Shown here: positions 49,908 through 59,433 of the stretch, one piece after another
How the letters are laid out: every line of letters starts with the position of its first letter
Position numbering within the stretch: the stretch's first letter is position 1
Assembly: GCA_965219415.1 (NCBI GenBank)
Contig: CBDCNP010000002.1
Location: 1,344,001-1,408,000, forward strand
Origin: Candidatus Marinacidobacterales bacterium
GTDB taxonomy: Bacteria > Acidobacteriota > Vicinamibacteria > Marinacidobacterales > DATDRI01
Direction: 5' to 3'
DNA length: 64,000 bases
Made by a program: the position numbers and the translations under genes
The notes under the pieces: generated by a model
The model's database searches: none
Told to the model about the DNA's origin: nothing
The model's input: the letters and a program-made list of their open reading frames with translations, nothing else

Positions 49908-51257
49908 TCAGTCGACCCGAATTTCCAATGGGAGATCCTGCCGGCGGAAGAGGCAGACACCGTTCACATCCTCGCAGACATAGTAGAGGACATAGGGCGT
50001 CACCATGGTGACACTCGATGCGCTAGCCGGGCTCTTGAGCTCGAACTCGACCCTTCGTACTTCCTGGCTTACCGGCTCGGGTGGGATGGACACCGTCAAG
50101 TAGCGTTGGTCGACCTCCCACCCCTCCGGCACATTTACCCAAAAGACCAGATCGCCGGCTTCGTTGTTCCAGTGCGCCTTGATGTCTGGGTTGGGACGGA
50201 AGACGATGTGAACCCGAACCGACTCTCCCGGCACCATGGCCGTGGGCACCACGGTTGTCTCCGCCCGAATCAATCCTTCCTCGTCTCGGCGTATGCGGCC
50301 CCCAGGATCTGGCTCCTCGCCCAACGAATCGGTTGTCGGAAAGCTCTCCGCCGGGTAGGCAAACTCGGCCCCGCCGGGCTCAGCGCCTAACGGCAAAGGT
50401 GCCTCGCCTCTAGCTTCGATCTCCTGCCGCGCTTCCGAAACCCAATCGTAGAACGAGTAAGGCTTGGTGAGCCGCGGTCCATACTGCTGAATGCGGCGCC
50501 GCCAGATATATTGATTGGGGTCGATATCGAGTGCCCGGCCCCAATGCTCTACCGCTCTCGCGAAATCGTCGTCCCGTCGATAAGCCGAGTCGTAGCGCCG
50601 ACGGTAAGCTACTCCTAGTCGAAAGTGGATGAGGCCCGCACCTTTGGTGGCTAGGGCCCGGTGGTAAGAGTCGATTGCCTCGTCCACTCGTGAGACGTCT
50701 TCCCACAGAAATATCGCGTCTCCCGGCAGTTCGATGATCGCTTGCTGGCGCGCCTCCCTCTTAGGGTGCGAGCGCTCTAGGAACTCCCGAAAATCTTCTT
50801 CGCCCGGCTGAACCGCACGGATGATACCGTGCTCGTCGACGAGGAGAGTGATCGGCACCGCCGAGACCCCCAGACGGTTCAAGGAGTCGATCATGATCGG
50901 CCAGTCCATTCTTTTCCACTGCATGAAGAGACGGGCTCGATCCGGATGCTGCTCTTGGATGATCCCTGCCACTGCTATGTCGCCGCGATCGGCAGCCTCT
51001 ATTGTTCTCGCGTGCCACCCGGGCACGTGCTTCCGGCAACCCGCTCACCAGGAGGCCCAGATGTGGAGTACGAGCTTCTTTCCTCGAAAGCTCGTCACCG
51101 AGAGGCGGCTTCCATCTTCGAGGGACGGCAGAACTAAATGCGGGAAGGGTTCGCCGACCCGCGGCTCGTATTCGTCAGAATTAGCGGGCTCAACAGGTCC
51201 CGCGATTGTCGCCACAAGCAGAAGCAGGGCCGGGACGAAGACGTTTGGTCGTGCCAT
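49908..51257 (-). CDS. Putative selenoprotein: signal peptide, TlpA thioredoxin (UxxC), TPR, DsbD-N-like domain
   Basis: In-frame TGA at 51045-51047 reads WASW-U-AG-C; frame continuous; hairpin downstream; C-terminal 'YYVCEDVNGVC'. Confidence 0.85.
51011..51027 (-). promoter_or_regulatory. Candidate bacterial SECIS hairpin
   Basis: CGUGCC-CGGGU-GGCACG beginning 18 nt 3' of the UGA. Confidence 0.6.
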
Positions 51258-51300
51258 GGCTCGCCCCATTTTTTACTGCTTATTAACGATCGGGGCAAGT

Positions 51301-51389
51301 GCGACGGACGGCGCTATTCGTAGCGTAGAGCCGCGCTCGGGTCGATCCGAGAGGCACGGCGTGCGGGAACGTAAGCCGCAGTCCGTCGC
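51301..51389 (-). ncRNA. Candidate four-way-junction structured RNA or REP-like element
   Basis: 9-bp closing stem GCGACGGAC/GTCCGTCGC enclosing three hairpins. Confidence 0.45.
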
Positions 51390-51395
51390 TCAGAA

Positions 51396-51570
51396 CTACA
51401 ACTCATGGTGCCCGCGTTGTCTTGGCTTCTTTTCGAGCCCGGATAGGAGACGTTCACGGGCCACGACCCCCATGAAGATCCCGCCGATCAGAAGCGGGGT
51501 AAAAGCGATGTGATACCACGGGAGCTTCGCGTCCCAGAATTGGACAGTCACAAAGATGGCTTCCAAAAAT
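51396..51570 (-). pseudogene. C-terminal remnant of a membrane protein
   Basis: 'FLEAIFVTVQFWDAKLPWYHIAFTPLLIGG...' with no start. Confidence 0.45.
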
Positions 51571-51776
51571 GTTACGACCTTATTTCATGCGCCACCGGGA
51601 GCTTCTAGCGGAGCTCGCTCGACTCGCATACCAAACCATCAAGGAGCTGATGCTCGAGGCCACCGGCGACGACAAAACCCGCCCCGGTATCGTGGCCGTA
51701 CCGCAGACCTCTGGAAGTCTCACCTGATAATCCTTGGTAGACAATTTCGATTGCGTTGTTAAGCAACTAACTTGGA

Positions 51777-51804
51777 TTGACATTTTCGAGCCATAGGTTA
51801 CATT
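51777..51804 (+). promoter_or_regulatory. Sigma-70-like promoter
   Basis: TTGACA-N16-TACATT upstream of RBS AGGAG and ATG 51861. Confidence 0.55.
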
Positions 51805-51860
51805 CTGGTGCCGCCGAGTATTGCAGAAGCGATGTGCGAATTCGCACAGGAGAATCGATT

Positions 51861-54281
51861 ATGAATACGGTATGCCGAAGCATGTTGTTCCTTCTTGTCT
51901 TGCTCGGAGCTCTTGTCAATAGGTGTGTAAAAAAGTTCAGGCAGCAACAACCTTCGACGACTCCGTTACCCTGTCTCCATCTTCAAATCGAACGCCCAGG
52001 TGAACCTCTCGCATCAGCTCCGGTGCGTTGAGCCGGCGAAAATTCTTCTCCGCAACCAGAAGCAGTTTGAAGATTGTCGCAGTGGCGGACTCGACTTTCT
52101 TGAACCTTTTGGCCGCATCCGTTCTCAATCTCAGTGCAGCGAACGGTGACTCCACGACGTTGCTCGTGCGAAGGTGTTGCCAGTGAGGCTTGGGAAAGGA
52201 ATAGAAGCTGACCATCCGCTCCCAGTCCTCGTCAAGCACGTGCGCGGCCCCCGGAAGACCCTTGCGCAAGCACCAATCCTGGAACTTGGCCTTCTTCGTC
52301 TCGCACTCCTGCAGGCTGGTGGGGTAGGGGATCGCCGTCAACAGCGGCTTGGCCTGCGCCTGGTCCCTTTTCGGAATCCGGTCCAGTACGTTGAGGATTC
52401 GGTGGTTCCAGCACCGCTGCTCCTCAGCTTCTGGAAATACGTTTCGGGTCGCGGCCCAGATGCCGAGATGACCGTCACCGATCACCAAACGGGGACATCT
52501 CAGACCGCGCTTCTTCCGTCTCCGTAGCAGCGACGACCATGACGCTTCGGATTCTCGATGCCCGGCCTCCAGCGTCAGGACGATTTTCGTCCCGTCGGAC
52601 AGGCCACCAACCGCAACTAGCACCGCCGCCTTGTCCTTCTCAAGGCCGGCCTTCACGTACACGCCATCTACCCACAGGGACACGAGCTCGAGTTCGTCCA
52701 GTGGGCGAGCTAGCCACTGCTCGTACTCTCCCTGCCATTTCTGTTTCAGCCGCGACACCGTGCTGGGAGAAAGTGGAGCGTCCTCCCCTAGAAGCCCGCG
52801 GAGCGCCAAATCGAAATCTCCGTGAGCTAGTCCATGCAGGTACAGCTCCGGAATCAACTCGCTCACCGTTTCGCTCCGACGCTTGAACAGCGGAAGCACT
52901 CGACTTTCGAACCTCTCCTCCACGTCCCGTACTCTCGGCCGGCGAACCGTCACTGTGCCCACGCTCATCGTCAGCTTCCGAGGCTTACCGTATCCATTTC
53001 GATAGCCCGCCGTTGTGTCCACGGGCTTCCGTCTCTCCGATTTCTCACGCCCGAGAAGCTCCGTGACTTCGGCTACCATCAGCTCCTGCACCCAATCCTG
53101 GATCTCGAGCCTCGCCGCGAAGATGATTTCCGTTCTCGAACACCAGCAGCTTGGGAAAATATGATCCGCAGAGACAGGTTCGATTTCGTACTTCCCCAAG
53201 CCATGCGAAACAACAACATTGACCTCTGGATTCAAGTGATTCAAAGCTGGGACCCCGTGGACCTAGGGGCGACCTCCGGATATGGCGTTTTTGCAGACCA
53301 AGGCGGCGATCGCATTGAACGCGCTTTGTTTTCCTATAGCGATGATGTTCAAGACGCTGGTGCCTACGATATGGTCAAGGTAGTCGAAAAATCTGATCGT
53401 CGATTTGCAGACCTAAAGGAATTCGTGGCCAAGTATGATCCCAAGCGCATCGGCGTGAACTTCTCCGAAAGACTAGCCTTTGCTGATGGGATCACGCATG
53501 AAGACTACACGCACCTGAGCGATGCGATTGGCCCACAATTCGAGAAAAGAATTCTGTCAGCTGACATTCTGATCGTGGATTTCTTGTCGGGAAAGGTCAC
53601 CAGTGAATTGGTTCGTTTCGGCCAATCCGGTGAGGAAAGGTCCGAGTACCCGGAAAGGACATTTGGAAAAATCGTGCCTGGTGTCACCACCTTGAATGAG
53701 GTGCCAGGGAATGTATTTATGCGAAATCGGGACGGACGTGAAAGCCTCCAAGGTGATTACATCATTCAGCGGGGCGACCTCGTGAATACCCCCCTCGCGA
53801 GCGCCTACGTGCTGCGAGAAGGAGAGACTGAGCTACCGCCAGAGCACCAGAGAATCTGGGACCATGCGATGGTGGTCCGTGACATTCTACGGAGAAATAT
53901 CTTCCCAGGTCGCACTGGGGGAGAAACGCTGGCTATCCTAGCGGAAAAATTGGAAGAGGCGGGGTATCTCTATACCGATGAGGACCGTTACAACAGGAAC
54001 GGGGATCCCGAGAAAACCCAGGTTCATCTTGACCTCCATACGGAGGGCGTTGCCGATGAATTGATTGGCCCGAGGATTTCACCGCTGGATCCCGATTGGG
54101 TTCGGGAATTAAGGATTCCGCTCAATCATACTTTTACCCTGGAGTACATGGTCCACATGCCGGTGCCGGAGTGGGGTCGAGGAAAGCATATCTATCTCCC
54201 CTTCCACGATTCTGGGGTTGTCACAGAACGTGCGTCGAATTCCCTTATCCCCCTATTGACGGAATCTATCTCGTTCACTGA
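51861..54281 (+). pseudogene. M24 (Xaa-Pro aminopeptidase-like) secreted protein interrupted by IS256
   Basis: Signal 'MNTVCRSMLFLLVLLG' at 51861; body resumes near 53150 'IRRDRFDFVLPQAMRNNNIDLWI', 'AYVLREGE'; terminal shift near 54230. Confidence 0.75.
51907..53120 (-). mobile_element. IS256-family element, 5' end deleted
   Basis: 'YRNG', 'VDG', 'IGDG', 'QRCWNH', 'LRTSNVVES'; end sequence GAGCTCTTGTCAATAGGTGTGTAA at 51907; other end absent. Confidence 0.88.
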
Positions 54282-54307
54282 CACCCGGTCATGCCTTTCC
54301 CGAGACA

Positions 54308-54735
54308 GATAGGCATTTCTATCCGGAGGAGCAGTCCGTGGAACGGCTAGATTGAAGCAAATTCTTCGCACGCGGAGCGTTTCGAATTTGGTCAAACACA
54401 TTGTGAGGCAAAAAAGCATCGCCGCCGGGGCAGCATCGAGGCGTCGATGACCGCAGAGTCGCTGACACGCGGTGTTGACGAACGAACGCGGTTGGCATAG
54501 GCGCCATGGAAATGAACCAGATGCTTGTTGGGCTCTGGGATGTGGATGAGCACTCGGGCGAGAATCGTCCGCATTCGGGCTCCTTCGAAGGAATCAGATG
54601 TTGCGGGGCTTCTTCGAAGGGCTGCCCACCGCAAAAACTCGAGCGTGTCGATAGGCTCGCTGTCGTCGACATCGTGGCCGGCTTTCGGCTCATAAATGAG
54701 GAGACCCGATTGCGGATGACGGGACAGGTTGACTG
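54308..54735 (-). mobile_element. IS91-like (Y2) transposase remnant
   Basis: 'LEFL...LARVLIHIPEP.KHLVHFHGAYANR.R'. Confidence 0.6.
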
Positions 54736-54975
54736 GCGCGCGGTGCCGGTGCGAACAAAGGTCTGAAACAGCAAGCACACCGCTTGTTGCACCTCGAGGT
54801 CTGGATCGAGCACGACTTTAGCATCGACATCATAAACGAGGCCGACAGGGAGGTGAGTGCGAAGCTCTCCCCGCCGCGCTTTGTTCAAAAGGCCACCTCG
54901 CAGTCGGGCCCGCATGACGTGCAGCTCGGCTTCACTCATGGTGCCCTTCAAACCGAGAAGCAGGCGATCGTTGAT
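54735..54975 (-). pseudogene. Large serine recombinase fragment
   Basis: 'NDRLLLGLKGTMSEAELH..RARL.GG..NKARRGEL...LPVG...DPD'. Confidence 0.85.
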
Positions 54976-55109
54976 TGGAGTAACTCGGCGAAAATCGCCG
55001 CTCGCTTCGCGCCACAAGAAGGACAAAGTCCCCTATGGCAGGGCTCGTCGTGGATTGCCGCCGCCGACGCCTTCATCAAGCCCTGAGTGCTTTCGTTTAG
55101 AATACGGCC

Positions 55110-55532
55110 ATGGGGGAATCGCGGGCGGGTGTTCTCTTTCTATGTGTGGCCAATTCCGCGCGAAGCCCGATGGCGGAGGGACTGGCTCGGGCGGTTGCGC
55201 CCGAGGAGCGTGAGATCTATAGCGCCGGCTCGGCACCCACCCAGCTCAATCCATTTGCCCGCGAAGTGATGCAGGAACTGGGCGTCGATATTTCCTCCCA
55301 CCGATCGAAAGCCATCGACGAGATCCCTTCGCATCGAATCGGGACGGTGATCACGCTCTGTGCCGAGGAAGTGTGCCCGGTATTCCCCGGGAACGTGGAA
55401 AGGTTTCACTGGCCCTTCGAAGATCCTGCCGCGGCGAAGGGCAGAGACGAAGAGGTACGGGAGGAGTTCCGGCGCATCCGCGATCAGATCCGGACCCAGA
55501 TCGAGGATTTCTTCAAGGCCGATTCCGCTTAG
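55110..55532 (+). CDS. arsC: Thioredoxin-coupled arsenate reductase (LMW-PTP fold)
   Basis: 'FLCVANSARS.MAEG', 'LC...CP', 'HWPFEDPA'. Confidence 0.85.
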   Translation: MGESRAGVLFLCVANSARSPMAEGLARAVAPEEREIYSAGSAPTQLNPFAREVMQELGVDISSHRSKAIDEIPSHRIGTVITLCAEEVCPVFPGNVERFHWPFEDPAAAKGRDEEVREEFRRIRDQIRTQIEDFFKADSA

Positions 55533-55537
55533 CCGGC

Positions 55538-56245
55538 CTACTCGGATTCGCTTTCGATGAGGTCCTCGGGACGGCCTTCTTCTTGGCTTCCACCCAGCCC
55601 GTAGCGAACCAAGTGATCCCCCATCTCGATCGCCTCGCGCGGGCTGTGGGTGACGAAGACCATCGGGATGCCACTGCTTTCTTGCACCTCACGGACGACG
55701 CGGCGCATCTCGCGTCGGGTTGCGAGATCGAGACTGGCAAAGGGCTCATCGAGTAGTAGTAAGCGCGGCTCTGGTGCTAGCGCCCGGGCGAGCGACGCGC
55801 GTTGCGACTCCCCTCCCGACAGACGACGCGGCATGCGATCCGCCAAATGCTCCACCCCGAGACGCTTCAGCCACTCCTCGGCGAGTCGTCGGGAACCGTT
55901 TCCGTTCCCACGGGCTCGCAGGCCGAAAGCCACGTTGTCACGAACATTGAGATGTGGGAAGAGCGCCACGTGCTGGGGCACATAACCAACGCGGCGATGT
56001 TCCGGGGCAAGGTTTCGTTGCGCTTCGCTGTCGAGAAGTGTCTCGCCGCCCACGCGAATCGTGCCGGTCGCGGGTCGTAGGCCTGCCACCGCGCGAACGG
56101 TCAAGGTCTTGCCGGTCGCGGAAGGGCCGAAGATGACGAGGATTCCCTTCGCCAGAGCGAAGCGCGCTACGACCGTGGTGCGTTCGCGCCCCGAGCCCAG
56201 AGGGATGGTAACGTCTACCTCCAGAGCCTTCGCCGTTTCCGTCAC
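55538..56245 (-). CDS. modC: Molybdate ABC ATPase
   Basis: GPSATGKT, 'ALFPHLNV', LSGGE, DEPF. Confidence 0.85.
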   Translation of the reverse strand: MTETAKALEVDVTIPLGSGRERTTVVARFALAKGILVIFGPSATGKTLTVRAVAGLRPATGTIRVGGETLLDSEAQRNLAPEHRRVGYVPQHVALFPHLNVRDNVAFGLRARGNGNGSRRLAEEWLKRLGVEHLADRMPRRLSGGESQRASLARALAPEPRLLLLDEPFASLDLATRREMRRVVREVQESSGIPMVFVTHSPREAIEMGDHLVRYGLGGSQEEGRPEDLIESESE

Positions 56246-56901
56246 CAGCGCCCTCTTTCTAAACGCGAGAACGCCAGTACCACCGCGACGGAAACAACGG
56301 TTAACGTCGCCACCAGCGCCACCGCCCGCGCGTCGTCTCCCGCCTGGTAGGAGCTCCAGATCTCGAGCGTCATGGTGTTGGTCTTCCCGGGGATGTTGCC
56401 GGCGAACATGAGCGTCGCGCCGAACTCGCCAAGGGCCCGCGCGAAGCAAAGTACCGCCCCTGCTACCAATCCGCGCCAGGCCACCGGAACCGTCACTCGA
56501 AAAAAGGTTGCGATCGGTCCCGCGCCAAGAGTTCTCGCCACCGCTTCCAACTCCGGATCCACTCCGAGGAATGCCGCTTGCGCAAACTTGATGAAGAGCG
56601 GCAACGCCACGACCACCGCAGCGATAACCGCAGCCCAGAACGTAAATATGATCGAGACGCCCAAGATCTCATAGAGCGGTCCACCGATGGTCCCGTTCCT
56701 GCCCAGAAGCAGGATCAAATAGTAGCCGGTCACCGACGGAGACAGAACGATGGGGAGCACGATCAAGACGTCCACCAGCGCACGACCTGGGTAATCACGA
56801 CGCGCCTGAAGGTATCCGAGCACGAGTCCGATGGGTACGATCACCGCGAGCGCGGCTAAAGCCACCCGCAGCGACAAAAGAAGGGGGAAGCCGACGCTCA
56901 T
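56242..56901 (-). CDS. modB: Molybdate ABC permease
   Basis: 'ARTLGA', 'FARALGEFGAT.MFAGNIPGKT'. Confidence 0.92.
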   Translation of the reverse strand: MSVGFPLLLSLRVALAALAVIVPIGLVLGYLQARRDYPGRALVDVLIVLPIVLSPSVTGYYLILLLGRNGTIGGPLYEILGVSIIFTFWAAVIAAVVVALPLFIKFAQAAFLGVDPELEAVARTLGAGPIATFFRVTVPVAWRGLVAGAVLCFARALGEFGATLMFAGNIPGKTNTMTLEIWSSYQAGDDARAVALVATLTVVSVAVVLAFSRLERGRW

Positions 56902-57662
56902 GGCGCGATGAAACCCGCCGACTCCAGCTCGCGAACGACGGTTTCGGAGCCAAGGAAATCGAAGAATTGTTGTGCCTGTGCCCGCCGGTCTTCCTCACGC
57001 GGCTCGCGGGCTACCATCGCTACTTCGTAGACGACTTCCGGTGCCGGTGGGCTCGCGGCGACCAAGATCGGCTCTAGGTCCAAGAGTTTGGCGTCCGTCG
57101 CGTAGACGATTCCCGCATCGACCTCTCCTCTCGCCACGTAACTCAAGACCTGACGCACATCGCCCGCGAGTACAGCTTTCGTTTGGACTTCGGCCCACAA
57201 GCCCGCCGCTTCGAGCCACTCGCGGGCATACTTCCCGGCGGGCACCGAGCGGGGATCTCCGATCCCCACGCGCTCAACCCGCCTCGAGCTCAAGTCGTCG
57301 AGAGTTCGGACCAGGTTTCGGTCTCCGATGAGGACGAGGCTGTTCCGTGCAAAGATCCGGCGCTTGTCTTTGTCCACCAGCCCAGCATCGGCGATCCGAT
57401 CGATGTGCTCGGTAGACGCGGAGATGAAAACCTGGACCGGTGCACCCATCTCGATCTGTTGGCGCAAAGCTCCCGAGCCCGCAAAATTGAGCTGCAATGT
57501 AATGTCGAGGTGCTCTCGCTCGAAAACGCTAGAGACTTCGGTGATCACTTCCCGCAGGCTGGCGGCCGTCGAGATTGTCAGCTCGACTCGATCGGGCGGC
57601 GATCCGCCGGCTCCGCACGCCAGAGCCGTCGACAAACAAAGCCATGGCCAGAACCGATGCAT
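56898..57662 (-). CDS. modA: Molybdate-binding lipoprotein
   Basis: 'AASL', 'GSG.L..QIE.GAP', 'VPAGKYA', 'GIVYATD'. Confidence 0.9.
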   Translation of the reverse strand: MHRFWPWLCLSTALACGAGGSPPDRVELTISTAASLREVITEVSSVFEREHLDITLQLNFAGSGALRQQIEMGAPVQVFISASTEHIDRIADAGLVDKDKRRIFARNSLVLIGDRNLVRTLDDLSSRRVERVGIGDPRSVPAGKYAREWLEAAGLWAEVQTKAVLAGDVRQVLSYVARGEVDAGIVYATDAKLLDLEPILVAASPPAPEVVYEVAMVAREPREEDRRAQAQQFFDFLGSETVVRELESAGFIAP

Positions 57663-57690
57663 CGTCGATATTATAGGCCTCAATGCGCGC

Positions 57691-59400
57691 TCACTCCTCG
57701 TTGGCGCGCCTGGCGCCTCGCTCCTCGCTCCTCGCTCCTCGCTCGCCGCACGTTTCGTCGGCCGACTCCGCCCAGGCTCGCTCCGCTCGCAGGGCCTCCA
57801 CTGCCTGCGCGAGGTCGACCGCCTCGAACCGCAATCGTTCACCAGGCATGAGCTGTGCGAGGCGGGGTATATCGGCGCCGATGACGGTCCCGATCTTGGG
57901 ATAGCCCCCCGCAGTGGCACGGTCGGCGAGCATGACGATCGGTTTTCCATCCGCCGGGATCTGCATCGCCCCCAGCACCATCCCGTCGGTCACGATCTCG
58001 CGCGCCTTCTTGTGGCGAATGCTCGGACCCTCCAAACGACAACCCATTCGATCCGAAGACGCGGCGATGGTGTATTCCGACGAGGTCAACGTTTCTTTCG
58101 CCTTCTTGGAGAAGTAATCCTCCTGCAATCCGAAAACCACACGCATCACCGTCTCGGAGCTAGCGGTCGTTGTGTCACCGCCCCAGCGGCGACCAGGACT
58201 CGCGTGGCTCTCAGAAGAAAGCGCCGTAAGAATGTCGCCGCGCTCGAGCGCACGACCCCGAAGACCTCCCAGGGCCGACGTCAGATAGGTCGACCGCGAA
58301 TCGAGCACTAGGGGTACTCCCCATCCCCCCGCTACTGACAAGTAGCAGCGGTACCCGGCTTGCCGGCCACTAAATCGCAAAACGTTTCCCGCACGAGCCA
58401 GGAACGATAGGTTGGGCGGAACTTCCCAGGGCCCGAGGTCACCGCGCTCTAGAACCGGACCGAGATTCGCACCACAGATTGCGACGAGGGTCGTTCGCAA
58501 GAATCGCAAAGAGGGTCCCATGGCCGTGCACTCGAGAGCCGCGGCGACCGGCTCATTCCCTACCAAGAAGTTGGCGGCCCGCAGCGATGCGGCGTCCGCG
58601 GCCCCGGCTACGGGTACTCCGTACCTTTGGTAGCCGACGCGTCCCAGGTCCTGAACCGTGGTGAGCAGTCCTCCATCCAACACTTCGATGGTAGGCTCGC
58701 CCCGATCTAGATTTTTCGTCGAAGCCTCCTGCAACTTGTCAGAACTGTCAGGCAATTCAGGAACGGATACGAACCGCACTCGATCGCCGGAAACGAAAAA
58801 AGTCGGAGGACTGGGCTCCGGATCGAACAAGGGGAGCGAGGCACGCCCGATGAGATTCCAACCTCCCGGAGTCGCGGAGGGATAGACACCCGTCTGCCTG
58901 CCGGCGATGGCAACGGAGCCGGCCGGCACACGAATGCGTGGTGTCGCCTTGCGTGGTCGCGCGATCGCTTCCGGGAGCAGGCCCATGTAGGCGAAACCCG
59001 GCGAAAACCCGAGCATGTAGACTCGGTACTCCGTTCCGGTGTGAAGAGCAACGACTTCAGAGCGGCTCAGTCCTGTGTCATGTGCAACCGCATCCAGGTC
59101 TTCACCATCGTAGACGGTGGGAACTTCTTTGATCGGTGCACGGCTTGGTTCGGCCCGGGCGGGCTTGCCGGCGAGCCGCGTGAGATAGGCAGCGACCTCG
59201 TCGAACTCCGCCCGCAACGGATCGAAATGGACGAGCAGGGAACGATAAGTCGGCACCGCCTCCACGAATCCTGGAAAAGGCTTTTCGAGGAGTGCTTCGT
59301 CGAGGGCTCTTACCTTCGCATTCAGCTCGAGATCGATCGCTTCGCCGAACTCCACCGATATCGCTGCTTCACCTGCGTTCAGAATTCGGGGAAAAGTCAT
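57691..59400 (-). CDS. pxpB: 5-oxoprolinase PxpB-PxpC fusion
   Basis: 'VPTYRSLLV', 'GFSPGFAY', 'TPGGW'; then 'TTVQDLGR', 'SDRMG', 'GGYPKI'. Confidence 0.9.
   Translation of the reverse strand: MTFPRILNAGEAAISVEFGEAIDLELNAKVRALDEALLEKPFPGFVEAVPTYRSLLVHFDPLRAEFDEVAAYLTRLAGKPARAEPSRAPIKEVPTVYDGEDLDAVAHDTGLSRSEVVALHTGTEYRVYMLGFSPGFAYMGLLPEAIARPRKATPRIRVPAGSVAIAGRQTGVYPSATPGGWNLIGRASLPLFDPEPSPPTFFVSGDRVRFVSVPELPDSSDKLQEASTKNLDRGEPTIEVLDGGLLTTVQDLGRVGYQRYGVPVAGAADAASLRAANFLVGNEPVAAALECTAMGPSLRFLRTTLVAICGANLGPVLERGDLGPWEVPPNLSFLARAGNVLRFSGRQAGYRCYLSVAGGWGVPLVLDSRSTYLTSALGGLRGRALERGDILTALSSESHASPGRRWGGDTTTASSETVMRVVFGLQEDYFSKKAKETLTSSEYTIAASSDRMGCRLEGPSIRHKKAREIVTDGMVLGAMQIPADGKPIVMLADRATAGGYPKIGTVIGADIPRLAQLMPGERLRFEAVDLAQAVEALRAERAWAESADETCGERGARSEERGARRANEE
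57716..57744. repeat. Heptamer tandem repeat (CTCCTCG)n in the pxpBC 3' end
   Basis: cctcg ctcctcg ctcctcg ctcctcg ctc. Confidence 0.7.
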
Positions 59401-59433
59401 CTCGGTCTGAGACGAGCCTCGCGCGGTACCTCT

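Noticed and set aside
51301-51389. Cloverleaf as tRNA-Sec (selC)
   Set aside because: No TCA anticodon loop, TTCRA T-loop or CCA end.
54735-54975. Serine recombinase as the invertase for the kinase inversion
   Set aside because: An ~80-aa fragment without the catalytic N-terminus, about 45 kb away.
55140-55180. ArsC 'RSPMAEG' instead of the usual 'RSQMAEG'
   Set aside because: A single substitution; the catalytic Cys, Arg and resolving Cys pair are intact.
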